From positions 287 to 64,286 of the forward strand of contig DATCJJ010000054.1 in the NCBI GenBank assembly GCA_036562845.1: a stretch of DNA of 64,000 nucleotides, in the 5' to 3' direction. Source of the DNA: Gaiellaceae bacterium (lineage in GTDB: Bacteria; Actinomycetota; Thermoleophilia; Gaiellales; Gaiellaceae). Of this stretch, positions 53,305 through 61,138 are shown one piece after another; positions within the stretch are counted from its first letter, which is position 1, and the number at the start of each line of letters is the position of its first letter. Under the pieces are notes generated by a model, which saw only the letters and a program-made list of their open reading frames with translations, had not been told where the DNA came from and ran no database searches. The translations under genes were made by a program, and so were the position numbers.

Positions 53305-55004
53305 GGGATCTCCGCATGGAGCGTCGTGCCGGCTCCGAGCTCGCTCGTGATCGTCAGCGTGCCGCCCACCGCTGCGACGCGGTCGGCCAGACCTTCGAGC
53401 CCACCGGCCGCGGCCGCGGTCGCGCCGCCGCGGCCGTCGTCGCGCACGTCGACGATCAACCGACCGTCCCGGCGTTCGAGCGAGACGGTTGCCGCCCTCG
53501 CACGGGCGTGCTTCACGACGTTTGCGAGGGCTTCGGCGACGAGGAAGTAGACGGCCGTCTCGACCGAGGATCGGTACCGCCCGTCGCCCGCGCGCACACT
53601 CACCGCGATCGGCGCTCGGTCGGCCAGGCTCTGCACGGCGGCGCCGAGACCCTGCTCGGTGAGGATCGTCGGGTGGATCCCGCGCGCGAGGTCGCGCAGC
53701 TCGCGGAGCGCGTGCTGGAGCTCCGCCTCCGCCTGCTCGAGCAGCGCCGGGTCGCCCTCGCGCTCGCGCAGAAGTTGGAGCGCGAGGCCCAAGGCGAGCA
53801 GCCGCTGCTGCGCGCCGTCGTGGAGGTCGCGCTCGAGCCGCCGCCGCTCGGCGTCGCCGGCGGCGACGATGCGAGAGCGCGACGCACCCAGCTCCGCGAG
53901 CTGGGCCCGGAGCTCGGCCTGAAGCCGCGCGTTCTCGAGCGCGAGGTGTGCCGCGGAGCCTGCCGCTTCGAGCAGCGCCCTCTGGCCCAGCAGCCGCTCG
54001 TCGTGAATGAGCGCCGCCAGCGGGTCGGCGGCAGGGCCGATCGTCGTCACCGTCCGTCGCTCACCGAGCGCGTGGACGTCGATCGGCGTGCCGTCCTCGC
54101 GGACGAACGCATTCCGCTCGGGCAGCCACAGCGCCAGCTCGAGCGAGGGGTCGCCGAGCGTTCGGGCGAGGGCGAGGCGGACCTCGCCGGACCTCGCGGT
54201 CCCGAGCTCCATCAGCAGGTCGCCGAGCGGCCCGCGCCGTCGTCGGATCTCGATCAGGCCGACGAAGATCGCGAGGGGGAGCACGAGCGCGTTGGCACGG
54301 TCGAGCCAATCGAGCACACCGAACGGCGCGCTCCAGCCGCCGAGCGACACGACCCGCTGCGCGATGAACTCGCCCGCCGCGAACACGACGGCGAAGCCGA
54401 GCGGCAGGTACGTGGCGCGCGCACCCGCCGGAGCGGAACGGAGCCGGCGGACGAGAATCGCGATGAACGCGACACCGAGGGCGATGAACGCCGCAGCGAA
54501 TGCCTTGCCGAGGAAGTCGTAGTCGAACGTCGTGCCCGTGTAGAGCAGGGACGAGACCCGGGGTGCGCACGCCGCACAGCCGTTCGGGCGAAAGAAGAGC
54601 AGCGGGACGCCCATCCACGCAAGTCCGAGCGCCGTCGCAGCGGCGACGAGCAGACTGTCACTTCGCTCGCGAATGCGGCCGGATGGATAGGCGAGAACCA
54701 TGAGTCCGTAGGCGGCCGGCTGCAGGCCATGCGCGAGCATCCACACGGTCGTGGCCGAGCGCGAGGTCGGCCAGTCGACCGAGAGGTCGTCGAGGGAGGA
54801 GACGAAGAGCCAACCGAGAATCACGAGCGCCAGTCGCGCCCGTCCCGGACGGCGCGCGACCGCGAACGCAACCGCGACGGAGACGACACTCGCGACCGCG
54901 TAGAACGCGAGGCCCGCATCCGCGACTCCGAGCTCGTCCTGCCGCACGACGTCGACGGCCCAGAGCGCAAGCACGCCGGCCGCGAGGAGCACGGCGGCGC
55001 TCAC
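53292..55004 (-). CDS. membrane sensor histidine kinase (HisKA_3/NarX-DesK type)
   Basis: ORF 53292..55067, trimmed to GTG 55004 (GTGA overlap with the receiver stop). The N-terminal half is hydrophobic. H-box RLERDLHDGAQQRLLAL. HATPase region VDVRDDGRGG...GLEGLADRV. Confidence 0.85.
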   Translation of the reverse strand: MSAAVLLAAGVLALWAVDVVRQDELGVADAGLAFYAVASVVSVAVAFAVARRPGRARLALVILGWLFVSSLDDLSVDWPTSRSATTVWMLAHGLQPAAYGLMVLAYPSGRIRERSDSLLVAAATALGLAWMGVPLLFFRPNGCAACAPRVSSLLYTGTTFDYDFLGKAFAAAFIALGVAFIAILVRRLRSAPAGARATYLPLGFAVVFAAGEFIAQRVVSLGGWSAPFGVLDWLDRANALVLPLAIFVGLIEIRRRRGPLGDLLMELGTARSGEVRLALARTLGDPSLELALWLPERNAFVREDGTPIDVHALGERRTVTTIGPAADPLAALIHDERLLGQRALLEAAGSAAHLALENARLQAELRAQLAELGASRSRIVAAGDAERRRLERDLHDGAQQRLLALGLALQLLREREGDPALLEQAEAELQHALRELRDLARGIHPTILTEQGLGAAVQSLADRAPIAVSVRAGDGRYRSSVETAVYFLVAEALANVVKHARARAATVSLERRDGRLIVDVRDDGRGGATAAAAGGLEGLADRVAAVGGTLTITSELGAGTTLHAEIPCDS

Positions 55005-55357
55005 GGCCGCTGAACGACGTCCTTCAGCCGCGTGACCGTCAGCTCGTGCTTCGGCAGAAAGCTGCATCCGTCAGGCCATTCGTACGACTCGCCGAAGTCT
55101 GACCTGCTGCGGCTGGAGATCAAGACCACGCGAGGACGCTCGGCGGAGGAGATGAGAGCGCGTGCGACGGCGAGGCCGGATCGATCCGGAAGGACGACGT
55201 CGAGCAGGACGACGTCCGGTCGCAGCCGTTGCGCCTCGGCCAGCGCAGAGACGGCGTCCGCAGCCTCGCCGACGACTGCGTATCCCGCAGCGGCGACGAG
55301 CTGCGCGGCGAGCCGTCGAAAGCTCGGGTGGTCGTCGACGATGAGGACGCGCGTCAC
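55001..55357 (-). CDS. stand-alone receiver (CheY-like) protein
   Basis: 118 aa. Motifs VLIVDDHPSF, DVVLLDVVLPDRSG and VVLISS. No output domain. Confidence 0.8.
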   Translation of the reverse strand: MTRVLIVDDHPSFRRLAAQLVAAAGYAVVGEAADAVSALAEAQRLRPDVVLLDVVLPDRSGLAVARALISSAERPRVVLISSRSRSDFGESYEWPDGCSFLPKHELTVTRLKDVVQRP

Positions 55358-55384
55358 TGCCCGCGGATCCTCGCACCGGCACCG

Positions 55385-55430
55385 TCAGGGGCACCCCTGA
55401 TTCGCGGTCGGTGTCAGGGGAGGCCCTGAC
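55385..55430. promoter_or_regulatory. two related inverted repeats: TCAGGGG-CA-CCCCTGA (55385-55400) and GTCAGGG-GAGG-CCCTGAC (55413-55430)
   Basis: Read directly from the sequence in the 132-nt divergent region between 55357 (-) and 55490 (+). The first repeat has a 7-2-7 geometry. Confidence 0.4.
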
Positions 55431-55489
55431 GACGTCCCGTACCGCGCTCGTTAGCGTCGCGCGTCGACCATCGAGCGAAGGAGACTGCA

Positions 55490-55777
55490 ATGAGTTGGGT
55501 TCAGATCCAGCATGCGAAGACGGCCACCTGGGACGACTTCGAGAACGTCGGTGCCGCGCTCGGCCACGAGCCGCCGGCCGGTCTGATCGTGAGCGCGGCG
55601 GGCGAGGTCGACGGGACGTGGAAGGCGGTCAACATCTGGGAGTCGAAGGAGGCCTACGAGCGGTTCCTCGAGGAGCGCCTGCTGCCGGCGGTCCGCGAGG
55701 TCCGCGGCGAGGAGGTCGTGGCTGCCGGGCCGCCGCCGACCGAGTGGTTCGAGGTCAAGCGCACGATCGGGCTGTAG
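55490..55777 (+). CDS. small cytoplasmic protein of unknown function (95 aa)
   Basis: ATG lies 7 nt after GAAGGAG. Non-repetitive, balanced composition. Possibly a ferredoxin-like/ABM fold, but no motif is recognised. Confidence 0.55.
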   Translation: MSWVQIQHAKTATWDDFENVGAALGHEPPAGLIVSAAGEVDGTWKAVNIWESKEAYERFLEERLLPAVREVRGEEVVAAGPPPTEWFEVKRTIGL

Positions 55778-55783
55778 CGCCGG

Positions 55784-56563
55784 TCAGCTCTCGCCTGACC
55801 GCTCGACCCAATACCGCGGCCCGCGCCCCTGATCCGGGCCGAGCATCGAGTACCCGCCGTCCACGGCGAGGTCCGTGCCGGTGATGAACGACGCTGCCGG
55901 AGAGCAGAGAAAGACGACCGCCGCGCCGACCTCCTCGGCGTCGCCGGCCCGGCCGAGCGGCTGCGTCGCCGCCGCGGCACGGTCGGCGGCCTCGCGGCTG
56001 CCGCCGGTCATCCGCGCGAGCGGATCGGACCACGTCCACCCCGGCGACACCGAGTTGACCCGGATCCCGCGCGGCGCGAGCTCGACGGCCTGGTTCTTCG
56101 TCAGCTGCAGGATCGCTGCCTTGGACGCCGGATAGACGCTGCGCCCCGCCGCGCCGAACTTCCCGCCGACGCTGCCGAGGTTGACGATCGCGCTTCCGGG
56201 CTCCATGTGGCGCGACGCCTCGCGGACGAAGACGGCCGTGCCGGCGACGTTGACGTTGAGCGCGTATACCCAGTCCTCGCGCGTCGTCTCGAGGCCGCCG
56301 TCGATATACGCAACAGCGTTGTTGACGAGAAAGTCCAGTCGTCCGAAGCGCTCGAGCGTCGCCGTGACGCACGCTTCGATCGACGCGTCTTCCGCGAGAT
56401 CGGTTTGCACGTACGACGCTCCGAGCTCGCGTGCCGCCGCATCGCCCCGCTCGGCGTTGCGCGCGGCGATCACCACCGAGGCGCCGGCGACGACGAAGGC
56501 GCGGGCGATCTCCTTGCCGAGATGGGAATTGCCGCCCGTGACGACCGCGACGCGACCGTTCAC
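55784..56563 (-). CDS. short-chain dehydrogenase/reductase (dihydrodiol dehydrogenase-like position)
   Basis: Last 259 codons of ORF 55784..57379. Motifs VAVVTGGNSHLG and YPASKAA. GTG 56563 lies 5 nt after the upstream stop. Confidence 0.85.
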   Translation of the reverse strand: MNGRVAVVTGGNSHLGKEIARAFVVAGASVVIAARNAERGDAAARELGASYVQTDLAEDASIEACVTATLERFGRLDFLVNNAVAYIDGGLETTREDWVYALNVNVAGTAVFVREASRHMEPGSAIVNLGSVGGKFGAAGRSVYPASKAAILQLTKNQAVELAPRGIRVNSVSPGWTWSDPLARMTGGSREAADRAAAATQPLGRAGDAEEVGAAVVFLCSPAASFITGTDLAVDGGYSMLGPDQGRGPRYWVERSGES

Positions 56564-56568
56564 GGAAC

Positions 56569-57099
56569 TCAGAGGATGATGCTCACGGCGCCGTACGGCG
56601 CGAGCGTCCACGCATCCAGCGTCACCCATTTCCCGACGAGCTTCAGCTCGTCCCCTACGCGCCGCACACGCCAATCGTACTTCCCGACGTAGGAGTCGCG
56701 ATCGTTCATCCGGAAGCGCCACACCATGAAGGCGGCGTCCCCGTGGACGAGGCCGTCGTCGTCCTCGCCGAGCACGCGAACGTTCGAAACGAGGTGGCGC
56801 GTCTTCGACCACGGATACTCGCGGTGCGCATGCACGCTCATCAGCCGCACGACCAGGCCCTTGAGCAGACGGTAGTCGTGATTGATGTACATGAGGTCGT
56901 TCTCGGGGTCGGCATGCGGGTTGTCGTTCGTCGGGACGACGTATTCGGCGTCCTCCTCCCAGAGCTCGAGCCACTCCTCCATCCGCCACTCGTCGAGCAG
57001 AAACGCCTCGCGGTACAAAAGGTCTTCGACGTCCGCGCGTCCCACGGCGGTCCGGCGCAGATCTGGGCGGTCGATGACCAGCGGCTCTCGCCGGCTCAT
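56569..57099 (-). CDS. ring-hydroxylating dioxygenase beta subunit (NTF2-like)
   Basis: Last 176 codons of ORF 56569..57576. Motif LLYREAFLLDEWRMEEWLELW. ATGA overlap with the alpha-subunit stop. Confidence 0.8.
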   Translation of the reverse strand: MSRREPLVIDRPDLRRTAVGRADVEDLLYREAFLLDEWRMEEWLELWEEDAEYVVPTNDNPHADPENDLMYINHDYRLLKGLVVRLMSVHAHREYPWSKTRHLVSNVRVLGEDDDGLVHGDAAFMVWRFRMNDRDSYVGKYDWRVRRVGDELKLVGKWVTLDAWTLAPYGAVSIIL

Positions 57100-58403
57100 G
57101 CGGGCACCGGCTCGCCTGCGAGCAGCTGCTGTTGCCAGCGCCGCCAGAAGACGCGCATCTGCAGCTCGCCGGACATCGGCGGCTCCTCGCTGAAGTACCC
57201 GCGCGACAGGAGGCTCCACTCCACGCCGGAGCGTGCGCCTTGCTGACACGACTCGAGCGCTTCGACGTCGTCGGGCGTGGCAAGCCCCCCCGGCCCGGCG
57301 AACGTGACGTAGCTCTCGAGCCGAACCTTGCGGACGGTCGGATCCTCGATGCGCGGCGCGAGCTCGTGCTGCGCGACATCCATGTAGTCGACCGACGTCG
57401 GCTCGATCACCCGCAGCGCCGTCGCGTTGTTGTCCATCACGAAGAGGTTCGGATAGATGAACAGGTTGCGGTTCAGCTCGGCCATCCGGTAGCCCGTGTC
57501 GCCGAGCTCGGCGACGATCCGCTCGCGCAGGGCCTCCAGCTGGGCCTTCGACGCGTCGCCGAACTGCGACGCCCACCGCGCGATCGGCCGGCCCCAGGAA
57601 CCGGTGTACTCGATAACGGCATGCCCGTTGCCGAGCAGCTTCATCGACCCGGTGCTCGGCGAGACCTCGACGTTCTGATCCTTGAGGAACTGGAAGTACG
57701 TCGCGTGCGTCGGGCCGAGGTGGTACCCGTCGAAACTGTTCTCGACGAGCAGCTTCCAGTTCGCCTTGATCGCGTACTGGTGCGTGCCGCGCAGCACCTG
57801 CAGCGGGGTGGACGCCTCGCCGCTCCCGTCTCCGTTCGACCCGCCGGCGAAGGTCGCGGCAACCTCAGCGGCGTCCATCATCGCGTCGATGTACTCTCGG
57901 GCACCCGCGAGGTAGTCGGTGAGCTCCTCGACGTGCGGGTCGTAGCTCACGAAGATCAGCCCGCGATACGACTCCTGCCGCGGCACCTGGACGAGCCCGT
58001 GCTTCGACTTGTCGAACACCGGCCCGAAGCATTCCTCGTCGGGAACGCCGATCAGCTTTCCGTCGCTGTCGAACGTCCAGGCGTGGTAGAAGCACTGGAA
58101 CGTCTTCCCGTTCCCGCGGTCACGCCGGCAGATTGTCGCGCCGCGGTGCGTGCAGCTGTTGTAGAAGACGTTGACCTCGCCGGTCGTCTGGCTGCGGACG
58201 AAGAACAGCGGACGGAGGCCGACGGTGCGACGGACGAAGTCGCCGCGGTTCGGGACCTCCGACTCGTGACCGACGTAGAGCCAGCTGCGGTTGAAGATCC
58301 GCTCGATCTCGGCGCGGTGGATCTCCGGCGACGTGAGCGCCGACCGGTGGTACGCGAAGTACCCCTCCGTCTCCCGCTCGACGATGATATCCGCGATCTC
58401 CAT
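57096..58403 (-). CDS. Rieske non-heme iron ring-hydroxylating oxygenase alpha subunit
   Basis: ORF 57096..58457, trimmed to ATG 58403. Rieske motif CTHRGATIC...CFYHAW. Mononuclear iron region FDGYHLGPTH. Confidence 0.9.
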   Translation of the reverse strand: MEIADIIVERETEGYFAYHRSALTSPEIHRAEIERIFNRSWLYVGHESEVPNRGDFVRRTVGLRPLFFVRSQTTGEVNVFYNSCTHRGATICRRDRGNGKTFQCFYHAWTFDSDGKLIGVPDEECFGPVFDKSKHGLVQVPRQESYRGLIFVSYDPHVEELTDYLAGAREYIDAMMDAAEVAATFAGGSNGDGSGEASTPLQVLRGTHQYAIKANWKLLVENSFDGYHLGPTHATYFQFLKDQNVEVSPSTGSMKLLGNGHAVIEYTGSWGRPIARWASQFGDASKAQLEALRERIVAELGDTGYRMAELNRNLFIYPNLFVMDNNATALRVIEPTSVDYMDVAQHELAPRIEDPTVRKVRLESYVTFAGPGGLATPDDVEALESCQQGARSGVEWSLLSRGYFSEEPPMSGELQMRVFWRRWQQQLLAGEPVPA

Positions 58404-58414
58404 GGCCCTTCCTC

Positions 58415-59866
58415 TCAGTACGGGAACTGCCGGCGGCCGTGGTTCACGGACACCCACTGGAGCGTCGTGAACGCATCGAGGCTCCAGGCGCCGTTGAGCC
58501 GGCCGAGCCCCGACTGCTTCTCGCCGCCGAACGCAACGTTCGGCTCGTCGTGGATGGTGCAGTCGTTGACGTGGATCATCCCCGTCTGGACGCGCCGCGC
58601 GAGCGCGACGCCGCGATCGAGGTCGCTCGTGTGGACGGCACCGCTGAGGCCGAGCTGGGTGTTGTTGGCCATCTCGACCGCCTCGTCGTCGTCCCTGAAC
58701 GGGATCAACGAGACGACGGGGCCGAACAGCTCACGCTGCGCGACCTCCATGTCGGGGTCGACGTCGAGCAGCACGACGGGCTCGAAAAGACCGCCTTCGA
58801 CCTTCCCCCGGACGATCGGCGTCGCTCCGTCGGCGACCGCCTTGTCGACCGCCGCGTTCAAGTTCTCCGCCTGCTTCGCGGTGATCAGCGGGCCCATGAT
58901 CGTGTCCTCCGCGCGAGGGTCGCCGACCTTCAGCGTCTTCACCTTCTCGACGTACCGCTCCGTGAAGTCCTTGAACACGTCCTGGTGGACGAGCACGCGG
59001 TTCGCCGACATGCAGATCTGGCCCTGGTGCGTGAACCGGCTGAACACCGCCGCGTCGACGGCGTACTCGAGGTCTGCGTCGTCGAGGACGATGAACGCGC
59101 TGTTGCCGCCCAGCTCGAGCAGCACCTTCTTGAAGTTGCGCGCACCGATCTCGTTCACGTGGCGGCCGACCGCCGTCGAGCCCGTGAACGCGAGCACACG
59201 CGGGATCGGATGCTCGATGAACGCGTCGCCGATCTGCTTGATGTCCGTGACGACGACGTTCAGGAGGCCGGAGGGCAGGCCCGCCTCCTCGAAGATCTTC
59301 CCGATGATCGTGCCGCCCATGATGGGCGTCTCCTCGTGCGGCTTCAGCACGACGCCGTTCCCGGCTCCGAGCGCCGGAGCGACGCATTTCATGGAGAGGA
59401 AGAACGGGAAGTTGAACGGGCTGATCACGCCGACCACGCCCACCGGGACGCGGTAGAGGAAGTTCTCCCGCTCGTCGACGGCCGAGGGGAGGATCTTGCC
59501 CTCCATCCGCAGCGGGAACGTTGCGGCCTCCTTCAGCATGTCGAGCACGAGCCCGATCTCGAAGCCGGCCTTCAAGCGTGTCCCGCCGAGCTCGTCGATG
59601 ATGATCTCGGTGAGCTCGCCGAAGCTCGACTCGACGTACTTCACCGCGTTCTCGAACACCGCGCGCTTCGCGTAGGGATTGACGCGGTCCCACTCCTCCT
59701 TCGCCCGCGCCGCCGCGCGATAGGCCGCGTCGATGTCCTCCGCCGTCGCGACCGGGAACTCCGCGATCACCGACCCGTCGTACGGGTTTCGATCGACGAG
59801 GATCTCGCCGCTCGAGCCCTCCTGCCAATGCCCGTCGATCAACTGCCGGCTAATCGCTGTGACCAT
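58415..59866 (-). CDS. NAD(P)-dependent aldehyde dehydrogenase
   Basis: 483 aa. Motifs ISPFNFP, FTGSTAVG, LELGGNSAFIV, the catalytic Cys in HQGQICMSANR, and ELFGPV. Confidence 0.9.
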   Translation of the reverse strand: MVTAISRQLIDGHWQEGSSGEILVDRNPYDGSVIAEFPVATAEDIDAAYRAAARAKEEWDRVNPYAKRAVFENAVKYVESSFGELTEIIIDELGGTRLKAGFEIGLVLDMLKEAATFPLRMEGKILPSAVDERENFLYRVPVGVVGVISPFNFPFFLSMKCVAPALGAGNGVVLKPHEETPIMGGTIIGKIFEEAGLPSGLLNVVVTDIKQIGDAFIEHPIPRVLAFTGSTAVGRHVNEIGARNFKKVLLELGGNSAFIVLDDADLEYAVDAAVFSRFTHQGQICMSANRVLVHQDVFKDFTERYVEKVKTLKVGDPRAEDTIMGPLITAKQAENLNAAVDKAVADGATPIVRGKVEGGLFEPVVLLDVDPDMEVAQRELFGPVVSLIPFRDDDEAVEMANNTQLGLSGAVHTSDLDRGVALARRVQTGMIHVNDCTIHDEPNVAFGGEKQSGLGRLNGAWSLDAFTTLQWVSVNHGRRQFPY

Positions 59867-59894
59867 CGGTCCTCCCGGTCGATCGGAACGTATG

Positions 59895-59908
59895 CGCGAA
59901 TATTCGCG
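59895..59908. promoter_or_regulatory. perfect 14-bp palindrome CGCGAATATTCGCG
   Basis: Read directly from the sequence in the 168-nt divergent region between 59866 (-) and 60035 (+). Confidence 0.4.
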
Positions 59909-60034
59909 TAGATACGCAGGCCGCGTCCACTTGGATTTGCAGGGGATGTGCGTCCATCACGTCGCGTTGACCACCCCTCCGCGGCCGGTGTAGGTTCGCG
60001 CCAGGGTCACTTTCACTCCCGATCTGGAGGCATC

Positions 60035-61138
60035 ATGGTCAAGCAGGGGGCGAAGTTCGTCGTCCTGGCCGGGGCCGCTGCGCTCGCTGCAGTCTCCGCA
60101 GCGGCGGCCGGCACCCATCACGGCACCGCGAAGCTCACGCTCGCGAAGGCGCAGGCAGACGTTGCGGCCGCCCGGAAGCCGATGACGACGTTCACCGGTC
60201 CGAAGACGTCGCCGGGCCCCGTGCCGAGCGGGAAGAGCGTCGTCTCGATCTACAGCGTCCCGGCCCCGCTCCCGCAGCGATCGGCCGCAGGTGTCGTCGA
60301 CGCGGCGAAGCACCTCGGCTGGAGCGGGAAGGTCGTGTTCGGCAACGGCAACCCGCCCGGCTGGCTCGCGGCGATCAACACTGCGGTCACGGGCGGCGCG
60401 AGCGCGGTCGTGATGAGTGCGGGGGTGCCGGCCCTGATCGCGCCCGGCATTGCGAAGGCGAAGGCTGCGGGCGCGCCGTTCGTCGACATCTTCAACGGCG
60501 TCCCGAAGCCGCCACCCGGGCTCGTCGCGCAGATCGGGCCTCCCGAGTTCACCGAGGGCTACCGGCTCGCGGAGTGGATCGTGGTGAACACGAACGGCAA
60601 GGGCGCGCAGATCCTTGCGTACAACTCGCCGCAGTTCTCCGACCTGCAGGTCGCGCTGCGCGGGTTCGAGCAGGGGATCAAGGACGCGGGCCCCTCGTAC
60701 AAGATCGTCAACGTGACGCAGTCGCCGGCGACCGACATCGGCACGTCGGCGGGGGCCCAGCGGATGGCCGCGCTCTTCGAGAAATACACCGAGGCGAAGT
60801 ACATCTTCTGCCTCTCGGAGTCGTGGGCCGGGACGTTCTCGCGTGCGGTCCAACAGAGCGGTCGCAAGGACATCACGGGTCTCGGCACGGACGGCGACTT
60901 CTTCTTGCCGGCGATCCGCAAGGGAGCGAAGTTCGTCGAGATCGGTCCTGACACGAACGAGTACGGCTGGTTCGCCGTCGACGCCATCCTTCGAGCGATG
61001 AACCACAAGCCCGCGGTGAAGTACAACGTCCCGTTCCGGCTCATGGACAGCACGAACGCCCGCTCGACGTCCGGACCGGCGATCGCCAACTCGTACGACT
61101 ATCGCTCCGCCTGGCTCAAGCTGTGGGGCAAGAAGTAA
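60035..61138 (+). CDS. ABC substrate-binding protein, periplasmic-binding-protein type 1 (ribose/xylose-like)
   Basis: In the frame of ORF 59948..61138. ATG 60035 lies after GGAGG. Signal-like MVKQGAKFVVLAGAAALAAVSAAAA. Confidence 0.8.
   Translation: MVKQGAKFVVLAGAAALAAVSAAAAGTHHGTAKLTLAKAQADVAAARKPMTTFTGPKTSPGPVPSGKSVVSIYSVPAPLPQRSAAGVVDAAKHLGWSGKVVFGNGNPPGWLAAINTAVTGGASAVVMSAGVPALIAPGIAKAKAAGAPFVDIFNGVPKPPPGLVAQIGPPEFTEGYRLAEWIVVNTNGKGAQILAYNSPQFSDLQVALRGFEQGIKDAGPSYKIVNVTQSPATDIGTSAGAQRMAALFEKYTEAKYIFCLSESWAGTFSRAVQQSGRKDITGLGTDGDFFLPAIRKGAKFVEIGPDTNEYGWFAVDAILRAMNHKPAVKYNVPFRLMDSTNARSTSGPAIANSYDYRSAWLKLWGKK

Noticed and set aside
55411-55884. 157-aa ORF (+) that covers the second inverted repeat and the small gene at 55490.
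   Set aside because: It has Arg/Gly/Ala-rich composition, no SD sequence and a GTG start inside the repeat. It overlaps the 95-aa ORF, which has a strong SD sequence, in another frame, and it also overlaps the SDR 3' end.
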